Positions 38,603 through 53,680 of a stretch of 64,000 nt of DNA are shown here, piece after piece; positions within the stretch are counted from its first letter, which is position 1, and the number at the start of each line of letters is the position of its first letter. Source of the DNA: Felis catus. Taxonomy: Eukaryota. The notes beneath the pieces are model-generated. The model had not been told where the DNA came from and did not search any database. It saw only the letters and a program-made list of their open reading frames with translations. The position numbers and the translations under genes are program-made. Location: assembly GCF_018350175.1 (NCBI RefSeq), contig NC_058368.1, positions 88,662,001-88,726,000 of the forward strand, read 5' to 3'.

Positions 38603-40698
38603 TTCAAAGAACTAAAGGAAAGCATGCATAAAGACCATACTTTCTCATCAAGTAGACAATATCAATAACAAAATTTTTAAGAACCAGGAAGAAATTCTGG
38701 AATGAAAAAGTACAGTAACTGAATTTAAAAAAAAAATCAGTAGGTGGCTCAACAGTAGGTTTAAACTGGCAGAAGAAAGAATCAGTGAACTTTAAGATAG
38801 ACATTATGCAATCTAAAAAACAGAAAAATAATTTCTTTAAATGAAAAGAGCCTCAGAAAGGAGTGGGTTACCATGAAGGACACCAACATACGCATAATGA
38901 GAGTTCCAGAAAGACAGGAAAACAGAACAGAGCAGAGCAAACTTTTAGAATATCTAAGGGCTAAAAAGTTCCCAAATTTGATGAAAACCGTTAGTCTAAA
39001 AATCCATGAAGCTCAATGAATTCCCTCTAAACTAACCATAAGGAGACCCACTCTCAAACACATTTTAGTAAAGATGGTGAAAAACAAATACAAAAGAAAA
39101 TTTTGGAAGCACCAAGTGAAAAATGACTAATTGTATATAAAGGAACCCCAATAAGATTAACAAAACATCTGATTGCTCATCAGAAACAATAGAGGCCAAA
39201 ATGTAGTGGGATGATACGTTGCAAATACTGAGAGATGACAAAACTGTCAACCAAGAATCTTATATTTAGCCAACTTGTCTTTCAAAAAATAAAAAGCAAA
39301 ACATAGAGGCATTTTTAGATAAACAAAAACTTAGATAATCTGTTGCTAGCAGATCCACCTTATGAGCAATACTGAAGGAAGTTCTTAAGCTGAAAGCAAG
39401 TGACTCAGACAGTGACTTAAATTCATCAGAGAGCACCAGGAAAGGTAATTATACAATTATAAAAGACAGCTTAAAATGCATGTTTTCTTTCTTTTCTTAA
39501 CCGATTTAAAAAACAATTGTATAAAAGCAATGTGTACACAAATGTATTGTTGGATTTACAACAGATATAAATGAAATATATTTGAAAATAATAGCAGAAA
39601 GGAGGTAGGTGGGAGCAAAACTGAAAAGGAGTAAGGAAGTGATACCAGAGTAACTCAACAACAGGAACAAATGAAAAGAACCAGTAATCTAAATAAGGTT
39701 AAGATAACAAACTATGTAATTATATATTTACTCCCCTTTCTCTTTAACTTCTCTCATAGACATAAAATTATATAAAGTTATAGCAGTGTACTATTGCGAC
39801 TGTAATATATATCAATGTGATGGGTGCACAAAAATATGTGATATAACAGCACAGAGGTACTAGAGCTGTGGAGGAATAGTATTTGTATATTTCCCTGGAA
39901 ATACATTATCATAAAACTGAAGTATTTTCTGATAACTGAAGAAGTGTATGGTAAATCCTAGAGAAACCATTAGGAAAATAACTAAAAATTCTATTGTGAA
40001 AAAAATCATTAAAAGAATTAAAATGTTCCACCAGAAAATAGTCAGTAATGTAAATAAAGCCATAAAAGAGAAAAAGAAACAAAAGACAGGAGACCCAGAA
40101 AGCAAAAAGTTAAATAGCAGACATAAATCCACTGTGTCAATAATCACAGTACATGTGAATGGATTAAACAATCCAGTCAGAAATTCAGAGACTCTCACAC
40201 TGGATTAAAACAAGATCCACACATATGCTCTCCAAGGAGATATCAGATATAAACATGTTGCAAGTAAAGGATTGAAAAAAATACATCGTGCAGACAAAAT
40301 CCACATGAAAGCTAGAGTACTTATGCTCATATCAGAAGAAGCAAACACGAAGACAAAAACTATTATGGAAATAAATGGGGGCATTTATAATAATGAAAAT
40401 ATTAATAAAAAAGTATGAGGTGTCGCCAAAGTTCTCTTTCAATGCTTTCCTTTAAATGGCAAAAAATATAAATGAGTTAAACTTTCAACTCGAAAAGTTA
40501 CCAAAAAAGCACATAGGAGAACACAGAAGGAAATAAATATGATAAAAGCAGAAAAAATAAGACAAAATAGCAATGCGATGGCTAAAGTAATTTGAGAGGA
40601 GTACAGGGATAAATAAGAACTTTTCACAAATTTAATCAAGTTAACAGAGCAAGAAAAAATGAAAAGTATAAGGAGATATTATAGCAATCAAAGGGAGA

Positions 40699-40850
40699 CT
40701 CTTAAAAACTGAGAACAAACTGAGGGTCGATGGGGGTGGGAGGGAGGGGAGGGTGAGTGATGGGTATTGAGGAGGGCACCTTTTGGGATGAGCACTGGGT
40801 GTTGTATGGAAACCAATTTGACAATAAACTTCATATATTGAAAAAAAAAA
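40699..40850 (+). mobile_element. 5'-truncated carnivore L1 3' UTR insertion
   Basis: Matches the 3' UTR at ~36990-37125. TSD caaagggaga (40689-40698 / 40851-40860). Confidence 0.92.
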
Positions 40851-41080
40851 CAAAGGGAGAATCAAAAAAGGAACCAATTATAAGAAACTATTGATACAAC
40901 TCTATGCCAATGTATTGTAAATGTATGCAACAAGGGACAACATTTCCAATAAACTAGACCACTAACCACAGAAGAAACTAAATAAGCAATTTTATGTCAT
41001 ACCTCCATAAAAGCTCTAAGCCTAGAATGTTCTACAGTCTCTTAAATATAAAGATTCCCAAGTTACGTAATTTATTCCAG

Positions 41081-41124
<44 letters not shown>

Positions 41125-44068
41125 GGAAAAAATTAGGGAAATATTTGAAAGCTAGAACCCTTCCAGGTCTGGGACTCCCACCATGAGAGAGGGCCACCAG
41201 GCTGGCCACCCCAACTGGATCGCTGGGCCCCTGATCACTCTTCCACACTGGACCACATCATGTAGCAAGCCCTGTCCTGACCAAGTGCATCTCTGACTTC
41301 CTGGAGCCCTGGTGCCCCCACATGCCCTTGTCCATACCCTTTACCAGATCCAAGGAGGATGTTGACTACAGCCTTGAGAATGTCAGCCTTCAAGGTCAAC
41401 TCTGTAAACTTCAAGTCTTTGAGTGGAGTCACCTTGGGAGGCAGAGAAGGAGACCAGGTCAGGAAGGATTGGGAAGTGGGGCTCTGCCTTCCTCTCCCAG
41501 CAGCAGAGGTAGCAAGCAGGGAGAAACAGTCATGGCAAGAGGACCCTCCAGGGAAAGCCCGATCATAGCAGGTACTACCCCAGGCAGCTTCCCCACAGCT
41601 CCAGTGGAAAGTGGGGAGTAAGGCCTGCTCCCTCCTGTGTCTTCTAGTGACTTCTCCTGGCAGGCTCCAGCCTTTTAGCCAGGCTTGGCCCCTCCCTGAA
41701 TGTTCATACCTTCTTCATTCAGGGAGTGGAGCGATCCAGGACTGCCAGGAAGCAACTCAGTGCCAGGCAGTGCCCAGTGCTCCCTGGTGGGTGAGAGATT
41801 CTAATTACCACCTCGTGGCTGGAGGCCGTTGTCCTCCCAGCCCTGTGAGCAGTGGCTCCTCTTCTAACCCAGGTAATTTTCCTTGTAAAGGTTGGGTTGT
41901 GCCCCACCCACCACGTGGTCTTAGGCTGAGCCACAAAATCTGTGGGGTGCTGGCCCTGGGAGGGCACAGGCCTGCTACCAGGCCTTCTAGGGACAATTCC
42001 TGGATCTGTGCACAGCAAACCCCAATAATACGAGAGGTTATGGGTCATCTCAGGGGGTTGTTGCCATGCTCAAATAAGCAAACGTATGCAAAGTTTTAAT
42101 TTTCATGTAATTTGTTATGGACTAAAAGGCTGCCGCAGGGTGCATACTGTAAATGCTAGCTGTCGCTCTTGCTGGGTTGTAAATTATAAGTTTCTTGGAG
42201 CCAAGTTGCCCCAAAGCAGCCAGGAGACCTCCTGGGCACGCTTTCCAGAGCCACATGATGGAGCATCTTGCCTTCAGTCCCTAACACCCCTGGGGGCAGG
42301 CAGGGGACAGGCTGTTACTTTCAGTATACAGGTGAAGAAGCTGAGGCTCATGCAGGGGGTGTCCTCATCCTCAGGGGACCCTGCTCAGATCCTTCTAGCC
42401 TGCCTGAGTGACCCTGACATCTACCTGTGCAGCTTCTGTGTGAGGGGCTGGGCGCGGGGCGGGGGTGGGGGGAGGGTTGCAGGTGCACAAATCCCACCAC
42501 TCCCTTTGCTCCCTCCAGGACTTTCAGGCTCTGAAGCCAAATAAGGCACCAAAGCTTTCTCAGAGCATGGGGCCTGGACAAGGGATACCAAACAGGGTTT
42601 CTGCTCCCCCAAATCCAGAGGGCTCGTGTCTGTGGGAAAATCCCTAACTCTTCTCACCAAGTAGCCGCAGGTACACACATGGCTAACCTGACTCAGCCAC
42701 CCCATGGTCGAATGAACAGTCGTTGCCTACAGCCCACATTGACCCCTGCTGCGTGCTGCCTCTGCCGCTGTGAGCAGAGCCCATGGAAGGCCAGCCCTCG
42801 TCAGCAGTACCCTTCCTCTCTTGAGGAGATACCAGTCCTGGGCGGGCAAAGGGCCAAAGGGGGCACCTGTCTCCTCCTCTAAACTCCAATGGCCCTGCCT
42901 GGAACACACCAGACCCACCTGGGCAGGCTTGATCACCACTGTGTTCCCAGCAGCCAGGCAGGCAGCCATCTTCCAGGAAAGCATCATCAGGGGGTAGATT
43001 CAGGGGATGATGACAGACCCTGTGGTGCAAAGAAGTGGGTCTGCGTCTCTCCACTCAGTCTGGGTGCCAGACTGCACCTGCCAACTGCTTCCTCTCCCCA
43101 AGCCTGACACCCATTCCACTCCAAGCATCGTGATATGGTGCCCAAGGTCCCCCTGAGACAGCTCACCCCTGCCCTTCCAGTCCCTGATGAGGCAGTATGT
43201 CAAGCGTGGCAATAACCCCTCTTCCTGGCAGGGCACAATGCCAGGGAACATGGTTTCTCATCAGAACTGTCAGACCTGTCTAAGGACAGTCCAGTAGGGC
43301 ATGACACCAGGCAGTGTAAGAGTTGACAGCAGGCAGGGGCAGGGAGAAGGCCAGGGATCACCCAGGTGGGCAGAGAGAGTATGGTAGAGAGTTGGGATCA
43401 CATGGTTGGGCCAGAAGGAAGCCAGTGAGGGTCCTCTTGGGTGTGAGGCCAGGGTGCAGTCCCATGGAGAGAAGGAATCAGTCACATGGGGAGGCCTAAT
43501 AAGGCTTGTCTGCTTTGCATTAAGAGATGGTACCCAGCATCAGTGTGCCCCTTTGTCCCAGAGGAAGCCTCTGGCTGAGCAGTGTCTCCATCAAAGGGAG
43601 ACCCCTAATGGTAGCGGGGGGCCTAATGATGACACATGTGGTCCCAGCAGGCATGAGGCCCTGCTTTGCCCTGACTCCTGTAAAACACAGGGCAGAGTCT
43701 TCGTCCATGTCAGACAATTAATAAGCCGGTCCACGCAGAGTTGCTCAGGCTACCTAACTTGTTTTCTTCACCATATTCATGATCATCATCACCACAGAAT
43801 GTTTCCCTAAAGAGGACTTAGCTGAACCCAGGAAAGGGGAAGAGCGTGTGTGAAGGCTGAGGTCAGGATAATCTGGGGACCAGCACACCATCTGGGAACA
43901 ACAGGGTGCACTCAGGGGTTTGGAGAGCCACTCCCCACCCCATGTACACCCAGCAGACCCAACAGGATGAGAAGGTGGAGGGAGCACGGTGAGTGTATCC
44001 AGGGAAGAGGGGGAGGTCATCAGGGTTGTGGGGGCTCCAAAGGAGAAAAGACGTCAGGAAGTCCCACT

Positions 44069-44494
44069 GTCACGGCTGAACTGTACTCCCCACAATTCAC
44101 AGTTGAAATCCTAACTCCAGAACATCCTTATTCGGAAATTGGGCCATCCCAGATGTAATTAGGTAAGATGAGGTCATACTGAAATAGGGTGTGTACCTAA
44201 CCCAATAGGACTGATGTCCTTCAAAAAACAGAGCCATGTGAACAGACAGACATGCGCAAGGAGGACACCAAGTGAACATGAGGGCAGAGATCGGGGAACA
44301 CCCAAGATTGCCGGTAAGCCACCAGAAGCTGGGGGAGACGCCTGGAGCAGATTCTCCCTCATCCCCTCAGAAGAAACCAACACTCTGACAACTGAATCTG
44401 GAACTTCCAGCCCCAGAATGCTGAGGCAACAAATGTGTGCTGCTTGAGTCTCTTAGTTTCAGTACTTTGTTATGGCAGCTCTAGCAGACTCATA
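44069..44494 (+). mobile_element. MLT1-type (MaLR) LTR in ALDH1L1 intron
   Basis: gttgaaatcctaactcc...taagatgaggtcatactg...ccaccagaagct...tttgttatggcagctctagcagactcata. Confidence 0.85.
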
Positions 44495-46744
44495 AACCCA
44501 CCCATATAGGGACAACTTTCCCAGTCCCTCAACTCCCTGGGAGGCTCTGCATTAGTGTCCTCCTCAGTCTGATGGGGACAGACTCCTTGGGAAGCATCTG
44601 GAAGAGCAGTGGCCATGCAGATTCCTGTGACTGGCAGCCAGGTGGGCCCTGGTCTCCCTGCCCAGCCCTTCTCAAGGCCTGTGCCCAAGGAAGGGGCTCC
44701 AAGCACATGGGCTATGCAGGGCTCTCACTCTACACTCTGACACCTTGGCAGGGGAGTTCCTTGTTGTGGGGGCCTGTCCTGGGGCACGGTCTACATATTG
44801 TGTCCTCTGGGGGACAGGCTGGCTGGGAACCCCTGCCCTGGAGTCAGTGCGACTTCCCTCCCAGGCTTCCCCTTCTCTGGGGGCTACAGGACAGGGTTTT
44901 CCTATATCCACAGCCCACTCTCCCAACAGGGGCTGCCCTCACCAGCAGCCCTGTCCTTGAGGACCTGGTGTGTTCCTCTGTACTCATTTCTGTCAATGCC
45001 AATGACATCTGAACACATTCTCCTTCTGACACCCCCCCCCCGCCCACATTCCCAAAGAAGCTGAGTGCCCTTGACCACCATCCACAGGGATGTGAGGTCC
45101 CTGGTGGTGGATCCAAGAGGCCCCACGTTGTAAGGGGCACAGGGTAGGTGGGAATGCCTGCTGGGTGCTGACCACACTGGACCTCTGGTACACATTTGGT
45201 GATTTTAGAAGGCATTCGTCAGTGTGCTTCCCTCACACAAGTTTCTCCTGGAGCTGTTCCGTGTGGTCCCCATAGCTCTGTCCCACGCCTTCACACAGCC
45301 ACATGCCAAGCCCTGGTTAGGAGGCCACAGAGTTCAGCGTGGGTTGTGCAGGGTTTTGCTGTCAAGGCCCCAGCACAGCTGCTCTGAGTGCTCTTGGGCT
45401 CATCTCCTTGAGCACCTGTGCCAGTGAGCCACCATAGTTGTGCTTGTGGCAGGGTACATTTGGAGGCTGAACAGTCACTGCCAAGTTGCCTTTCACGAAG
45501 GTGGACCCTCTGCCTCCCGACCTCCCACAGGCAGTGTGAGGAGGCTTCTCTCTCCCTAGGCCTTGGGACCATCTGATGGTGAGGCACGGCCCCTCACGTC
45601 TGGGTTTACATCATTTCCTCAGTTCCTAGTCCTTTCTACGTTGATTGGACAGGTGTTTGTCTCCTGTTGAGCACTAGTTCCTATCCTTTGTCTATTTCTC
45701 TATTATTTTTACCCTACTCCTTGGTGCCCTGTAGTTCTTAATTTTCTGCATATTCATTATTATAATCTTTGCAGGGAAAATTTTTCAGGTGTACCCCCTG
45801 TTTCCCACTATGACACTGATGGTACACGGCTATTGTGAGGATTTAGTAAAATTATACTTATAAGGTCATTGAAACAGTGCTTGGCACAGAGCAGGTACTT
45901 TAAATGTGAAAGCTGTTTTATTTGCTAGAATATAAGTCCCCTGAGGGCAGGCATTGCCATCAGTTTTATCATTGTTGTATATCCCGCACCTGAAATGGAT
46001 GGCATGTAGTAATTGGTGAATAAATAGCGTTTGATAGATGTGTAAAAAGGGGATGAGCACTCACACTATGAATCACGCGAAAAGTGCGTAGTGTGTCACG
46101 AGTTTTCACCCTGCACTGTGACTCACCCAACAGGCTCCTTCCTGGTCAAGGTAGGTTGCAGCTTGCTCTGGCCTGGTTGATGGGGATGGTGGAGCCCTGG
46201 AAGAAGCAAGGGGAGTCACTGGTAGGGGACTCCATTGTTTCCTTCCCCCTTCCCCCTGGGCAGCCAGACTGTGCTTGGGCTCAGAAAGGAACAGGATCTT
46301 ATCTGCATCCTGAAACCCCCATGACCAAGACAGGTAGAAGACCCAAACCTTCCAGACTGGGAATGACAGGGGACTTCGGGTACAGATGGAGCAGGCAGCC
46401 ATCAGGGGCAAGGTGCCTCCGGTACCTAGCCTGGCTGAATCCTCAGACAAGAAGCTGGTCCAAGTACAGGTAAGCCCTCTGGCTTTGAAACTGGGGCAGA
46501 CAAGGGAGGAGGTGGGGAGCCACATTATCTCTGGAGGCTGTGCCGGCCCAGGAGGCCCCAGGTGGGCCAGCTCTAGCCAACAGTGATGCAGCAGAAGGAG
46601 GAGCAGAAGGTGGGCTTGCCATCACACCTGCACCTCTCAGCCCCATGGAGAGGATAAGAGGCGTGGAGCCCATTTCTGGCAGAGACCCCAATGAACCTGT
46701 TGGTGATGGGTATCTCTAGAGAAGGGTTGACCCATCCCTGCCTC

Positions 46745-47270
46745 TGGTGGGCAAACCTCTGGAAATGGCTCCCAAAGTCACATCCTGATCGCTGGGATGC
46801 AGGAGGTGGTGAGCTACCCCTTCTGCAAAGATGCAGAATGGCACAGTTGACCTTAGGATAGGGAGATGATGCAAATGACCCCAGCATGACCTCGGGAGCC
46901 TCCATAAAGGCAGAGTTTTCCCCAGTTTAAGAGAATCTGAAGGATGCCAAGCCTGAGAAAGGCAAGGGGAGTGGGGTACCAGAGGGAGGCCAGACTGCAT
47001 TAGCCTCAGCCAGCAGCCAGCAAGGACCTGGACCTTCAGTCCTACAACAACAGGAGCTGAGTTCTGCCAACACCTGAACAGGCCTGCAGGCAGGGTTTCC
47101 CCAGAGCTCCATATAAAGGCCAGCCTGACTACACCTTGACACTGACCTTGTGAAATCCTGGCATGGAGCCCAGCCAAGCCTGCCTGGACTTCCATCTGCA
47201 GAAATGTGAGCTGATGGTTGTTTTAAACCAATAAACTGGGGTCATTTCTTATGTAGCGTGTAGGCTAACA
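46745..47270 (+). mobile_element. MLT1-type (MaLR) LTR
   Basis: ggaccttcagtcctacaac...gagttctgccaacacctgaa...caccttgac...gaccttgtga motifs. Confidence 0.75.
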
Positions 47271-50200
47271 CCCTGCCCTAGAGTTTCCTGCTGAGCGGAG
47301 CCTGCCTGTGTGAGCTCTCACTTGGTGGGCAAGAGCCTCAGCCCCACCTGAATTTTGTCACACCAGCCAGCAAAGCAGTCGAAGATCTGGATGGACATGC
47401 CCACATGGGTCTTCAGAGCCAGTGTGAAGGCAGTGCCTGCATCCAGAGCCTTGATGGTGGCCAGTTCTTCCTGATGCTGTTCCATGAGGTCCGCCAACCT
47501 GGCCAAGGGGTGTGGGAGGGGAAGGAGATGGGCTCAGGTTGGGACCAGCCTTGCCTATTCTTTCAGGGCCCTACTTCAATGAACAAGGGGCTCTGGCCTG
47601 TACAGCCAGCTCTGCCACACTCAGAGGTGCTGACCTCAGTTTCCTGATCTATGAAATGGGACAGTAAGGTTTACTTTGCTGGATGGGCATGAGGATGATG
47701 CCATTCTGTCCATATCTGCTCTCTTCTCTTTTACTTTATCCCTTTGTAAAACATGGATGCATTTACTACTTTATAATAACACACATGATTCTGCAAAGCA
47801 GTCCTTCTGCCTCTGTAATAAGGAGGTCACCATCCAAAAAGGCCGCCTTCTCTGTCTATGGACAGCAGTGACCAGGGGAAAGCATGTCCAGCTACATGCT
47901 TGACCAGCTACAAGCACCAGCAGATCCAGTGAAATGTGCCCCAAGGATGTCATCCGTGGCGAGGGAGAGGGGGATGATAGGAGAAGATTCAAGGGAAGGT
48001 TCATCTACACAGCCCTCCTGAAGTGTGAGCTCTCTGAAATCCAGTTGCCCTCCTGTGATTCTGGTGGGTGTGCTGCTGTGGGCAGCCTGGGAGTTAGGAC
48101 TGTGCCCCCTTCTTTGATATAAAAGAGCCCAAAGAGCAGAGTGCCCAGGGTACAGGGTATCCAGAGGAAGGTGGAGGCCACAGACCCAGAGTGGCTCTCA
48201 AACTTGTACATGGGGGAGCTCTGGCCCAGAGATAAGTCTGGGACGAAAGACTGCTGACCAGCTCCTCTCTGCATTCAGCCATGGCATGGCCTAAACACCC
48301 CAAGTACACACTCCCACTCCCTGGGAAGCCAACCGGAATTCCTGCCCTCTCTACACCAATCACATATCCCTCCAGTGTCCTGATAGCATCCTCTACCTTT
48401 CTTCAAACCTTGCATGACTGTTACAGATATTCACTTAGTTGAGTATTCCAGTACTATTTGCCTCTCCCTGAGGCCTGGGACAGGATTTGGTCTGCTCCCT
48501 ACTGGACCTCCTACACCCACTGGGCACACAGTCAGTATGTAGCATAAGACTTGTGAGTGAAACTGTGGGCGGAACAGACACAAGCAATCTAGTGGCATAG
48601 CCACACGGTTACCTCAGACACAGTGACACACCCAGGTAACTTTCTAGTTAAGAATAGCAAAGGTGTAAGCCACTTTTTTAGAAGCATTATAGACCAAATA
48701 ACGAAAATGCCATGTTGTGGCATTTCAAAGACTAGGGTTGTATCAACTAGAAAAACAGATGTGTCACAGGTATAAATCTGTATTATAAACAAGCCAAAGT
48801 TGGTCTTTGTGTATTGGCCTCTAGTTGTTCAAGTCTTGACTGCAGGGTGAGACCTGTCAGCTTAAAAGCTTGCTGGATACACATTTATGTCTCCAATTAT
48901 TTTAAATGTAGCCCAAACAAGCAGAATTTAGCTATTTAAAGTCATCTTGCATTGCATCCCCCACTTGACAGCTATTATCAATGGAGAGACCGACTATTCA
49001 CTTACAGCTGCAGCTGCTGCCTTCCCAGCCCTCTGATCCAAAGATCCCTGCTCTGATGCTGAACAACATTGCCAGGACTTGGGAGCACCCCCTCTCTGAT
49101 CACGCAACCTCCGAAAGTTCCTTTACACCCTTCCCATTCTGAGTAGAGACCACCACACTACAGTCTCTGGAGCGTCTCCCACTATGGGAGTGTTGCCTCC
49201 TGAAGCCTGTTTTCTACTTCTCATAGTCCTATCTTTTCCCTCGATCAGCCCCAAATACCTCTAATTCTGCCAGACAATGTCACCTGCATGTGATGTGGCC
49301 ATGTCATAAAGCCCTGAAGTAACTATCACCTGAGCATGCCATTTGGGAGGCTCGGGAAGGAGAACTGAGTGGGATTGTTCATTGTCAACTTTGTTGAGGT
49401 GTACCTCTGCCTCCTGCATCCTGTCCCCAGAAAGCACCAGGAGGGAAGGCAGTGAAGCAACCACCTTCATCCCAGAGGTCCTCAGGACAGCCATGAGGAA
49501 GGGCAAGTGTGGGGTGCCACACAGGCTCAGCCTCACTCCCAGCAGCCTGGGCCACCACCAGATTCTTGTCTGTGGACCTAAGGAAGTGTCTGAACAAAAG
49601 GTGAAAGTTTCCTACAGACTCCGCCACCAACTCTTGGTGGCCCCACTCTGGCAGCTGTGGACACTGGTCTCTAGGTTCCCGAGAGGCTCTATCTTCTCCC
49701 TCAGTGGTTCTTGGGGCCTGTCTAGTGACTTTCTCTAACGCTCTTTTCTGGATCTTTCTTCCTAGTGTCTCCCACAATTGCATAATGTCTCAACCCTATA
49801 ATGTATTCTGTATTCTATAACATGTATCCGTGGTGGTCCTATTTTCCTTGTTGAACCAGGGGCTGCTCCCTCCTGAGCCAGCAATGGGCGAACCTCCACC
49901 ATGGGGACTGGGAGGGTTGCATGAGGCAGGACCAGGTTCCTAGGAGCTCTCAGGTCTAGGCTTGCGATGTCTGTCAAAGCTGTCCATGTCTCTACTTAGA
50001 ACTGTGCAGGAACTCAACCCTTCACTATCATGTTGCTGGTGGTGTTATTATGACACATGCCACTAGACGCCAGCAGAACTGCTCAAGGGACACACTCTTG
50101 GGTCTGCAAACATCTACCTCTGGAGTCCCTGCTTCAGGGCCAGAAGGCTCCTCTCAGCATCACCAGCCTGGGCTTGGATGTTTCAGTTTTGCCTACTCTG

Positions 50201-52223
50201 GGAGCACTAGGTCACTAGGCAATGGCTTCCTAAAATTGATAGGCTCTTCAAGGGGTCTTGAAACTAACTTGAGTTAGAGCAGACTGGGTGCACCCTTGCC
50301 TGCCCCAACCTGTACCATCTCTATTCCATTTTGAAAATAGACAGGCCCCTCTCTATGGTTTCCTGTGCTGGAGGCTGTCCTGGTGTTTCTGGTCTCTGAA
50401 TAGGAAAAAAAAATGACATTCTGACTGCAAGGCCAAGATGGAGCCTCTCTCCCACCAGATGACAAGTACATTTGGAACACATCATGACCAGCCTCTCTGC
50501 CTGATAGCTTCCCCAGGACCCAGAGCATAAAAGTCAGGTTCCTGAAATTGGCTTGTTCACTAGACTTTTTGACACTGTTTAGTTCATCTGCGCAGCACCC
50601 TCCCTTCTGAAAACACCACACCACTTCCTTGGGGGGGGGGGGCAACTGCTCCTCCCCCACTGGGACCACCTAGTTCTAGGGGAATAGTATGTCTCCTCCA
50701 GGCCGCACTCCCAAACCATAGTCATAAGTGGATCAACTCTACATCCTTCCTTAATAGTTCTGATGGAGCTAAGGGGAGAGAGACCCTTCTTCCCTGGTTT
50801 TAGAAAACAAGGAAAATGTAAGATTCCAGCAGTCAGGGAGATCTGAGCAAGGACCACCAGGAAGAACAGACCCCGTGCTTCTGTCGCTGGCTTCTATATA
50901 AAATAGGCCTCATCTCTCCTCTGGTCCAGTCCACTCAGGGAAGTGGTGAACATGTCTGAGACTGCCCAGGACTATCTGTTACCTTTGCCAGTTTACTGCT
51001 CCCATGTAATTAGCATCTCCACTTTTGTGCCTCCTCATCATTAATCACACTGTTCCCTCCACTGAGGACTATTTACCTTAAGGCTACTTGTGTCTTGTGA
51101 AATCCCTTCTGCGTCTCACGTCACTTCCTCTGAGAAGCCTTTTCTGAGTCTCAGACCCCAACTTACTCCTGGCAGAACCCAAGCATGCAGTTCCAACCTA
51201 AACAAAAGGTGGGGTAGCTGACAGGAGGTTGTGGGGCTCTCACATGTACAGGAGCTGGCCTCAATCCTGTGAACTGATCTTTCCCCACAATCCAATCTCA
51301 AAAGCATCCTTAGTGGCAGCCACTGCCTTGTCAATATCGCTGACCTGGGCCAGGGACACCTAGCAGATGACCCGTGGTAGAACAGTGCCACGAAGCCCTC
51401 CCTGGACTCTGTGTACACAGATGCCTCAAGTTGCTGCTCCCTGGCCAACTTGGTGGGCTCAGTGGGGACAACAGGTGAACAGGAGGGCCCTGGAAGGGTG
51501 TGCACAATGAGGAAAGGCAGGGACCTTCAAAAAGGCTTGTTCACGTTTCTCCATTCCAGGACCCTTCTTTTCACTTGCCCGCTGAGCCCAAAAAGGCAAA
51601 CAGACTCAGGCTGCAGCTTTGAGGCTGAGGATTAGCTTAAATTGTCAAACCAAGAGCAGAAGATGGTTCATTTGGTAAGTCCTAGGAAGAAAGTCTATTT
51701 CTTAAGTGAAATAGTCTACATGTTGAAGGTGACAGGGCCATTCCTGTCCCCCATCCTTGCTCTGTGTCTAAGAGTACCCACGTGCACTACAATGCAGGCT
51801 CCTATACCTACCGACACCTGGGCTTGACCAAAGGAAAGTCAGGAGGAGAGAGAAGTGGGAGGTGCAAGGCCAGGACCCTGCTGGATACCACAGGCATGGT
51901 ACACCCTCCCTGCCCAAGGGCCCAGCACCCAGGCAACCTTGCCCAAAGGCACAGCACCCAGGCAAACCTGTCCAGATGGCTTTCCTTCTGGGATTCCCCA
52001 AACAGGCCCCTCAAGGTAGTAATAGCTCATGTTTCTGCCTGAGGGCACTGCATCCCTTGTCTGTGTCCCCACACCCGGTCTACCCCTTTGTCAATTATTT
52101 TCTTTATACTCCCTTCAGTTGACCCAGTTGAGTGTGCTATATGCTTTCCAGAGTCCCTCAGGGATGCTATAGGTAGGGCAGAATGGAGACTAAGTATGCA
52201 CCTGTAGGAGTAAGTGTTGTTCC

Positions 52224-52266
<43 letters not shown>

Positions 52267-53518
52267 AATACAATATGTGCATACTAGGTCATGACATAAA
52301 AGGGTCAAGGTCAAGAAAGTCTGACAAACATAGGAATCAAGGAAGAATTCCCAACAGTGGAGTGTCACATATTCAAGAAGGTAAGACCCATGCTGAGGTT
52401 ATTGTTGACATGTGGAGGGGGAGGGAATGGCTTCATTTCTTCCATGGGGGATGTTAGCTCTGGTCCTAGTCTCTGAAGCAGGCTCCAGACCTTAGGAATC
52501 CTCCTGCCTCCCAGATCCAGCTCCCCTCTGGGCCATTCCTGCAGGGAGGACTCAAGACTTACTGCAACCATTCTGTGTGCAAGTAGAGGCCCCCTAAGCC
52601 AGGATCCCCAGACACCAGGTGGAGGAGTAGATGAGAGAGGAGGCCTTGGAGGAGGAAGGTGGAGGGAGAGCAGGAGGGAGTGCAGGAAGTGCACTCACAC
52701 TTCCAGCTGTTGAGTTGACAGTCTCATAGGTCTTGGCACCCTCAGCATCCACAAACACACCCCCAATGAAGAGCTGTGGGCATTTGGATGGTCAGCTGGT
52801 TCACCGCCCTTTCCACCTGGGAAGGGAATTTTTGCACGGATTCACTGCAGTGTGGAGTCTTCACAAGGTGCATTAGTGACAGATAATGAACCCACAGAGA
52901 GACACAGGAAACACAGACAGATAGATAACCACTCATACACACGCGTGCGCACGCACATGCACGCACACAAGCAGAGCCAAGGGGCCAGGGCTCAAGGCCC
53001 CTTGGCCTTCTCAGGTCTCTTCAGCCAAATCCAGTCCTGCTGCCCTCCTTAGCCCAAGGAGCTGTTATGTGGGCAGTGGTGGCAGCTGAGCAATAAGAAG
53101 CGATGATGAGCATGGAATCTGAGATCAGGCTGCTTAGGTTGCAACCCCTGTCCTGCCACTTACCCGCTGTGTGATCTCAGACTGGTTGCTAGGCCTCTGC
53201 AAGTAGGAAGTGCCAGTTGGCAGACAGACACTTGTGAGTCACCAGACATGACACCGACCCCATTGCTCACTTCCCTGTAGACCTGAAATCCCAGATTGAA
53301 TGGCATCCTTGAAACACCATTCTTCTCCTGAAATCTGTTCATCAGTCATCTGACCACAATCCTAAGGCCAACCTGGTATCCATCCTGGCCACCTACACTT
53401 TCTTCATCAGCTTTTGATCCAAACAAAGTATCCCAAAGTTAATTCCTATGACAGCTCATAGCCTACCAAGACACCTCAAGATGATTTTTCAAGAGTTTCT
53501 TTTAAAAACAAGCTTGCA

Positions 53519-53680
53519 GGGGTGCTTCGGTTATCTCAAGATTTATGAGTTTGAGCCCTGCATTGGGCTCTCCATGGTCAACACAGAGCCCACTTCAGAT
53601 ACTCTGCCCCTGCCTCTTTGTCCCTCCACACATACTCTCTGTCTCTCTCAAAATTGAATATAACATTAAAAAAATTAAAA
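53519..53680 (+). mobile_element. CAN-SINE with internal deletion
   Basis: gagtttgagccctgcattgggctc body. Imperfect TSD aaaaacaagcttgca / aaaaataagtttgca. Confidence 0.85.

Larger units (their letters stand above)
37140..41080 (+). mobile_element. Ancient L1M-type element (5' region, ORF1 and ORF2 start), heavily decayed, with younger insertions
   Basis: A-rich strand bias, ORF1-like ctcatcagaaacaatagaggcc and ORF2-start SIITVHVNGLNNPV. Confidence 0.75.

Noticed and set aside
48840..49960. Possible old LTR or ERV-L-derived sequence in an ALDH1L1 intron
   Set aside because: I could not define termini or a family by eye.
41611..53000. Numerous 60-160 aa ORFs in GC-rich sequence
   Set aside because: They are intronic or MaLR-derived, overlap on both strands and show no recognisable domains apart from the ALDH1L1 exon segments already listed.
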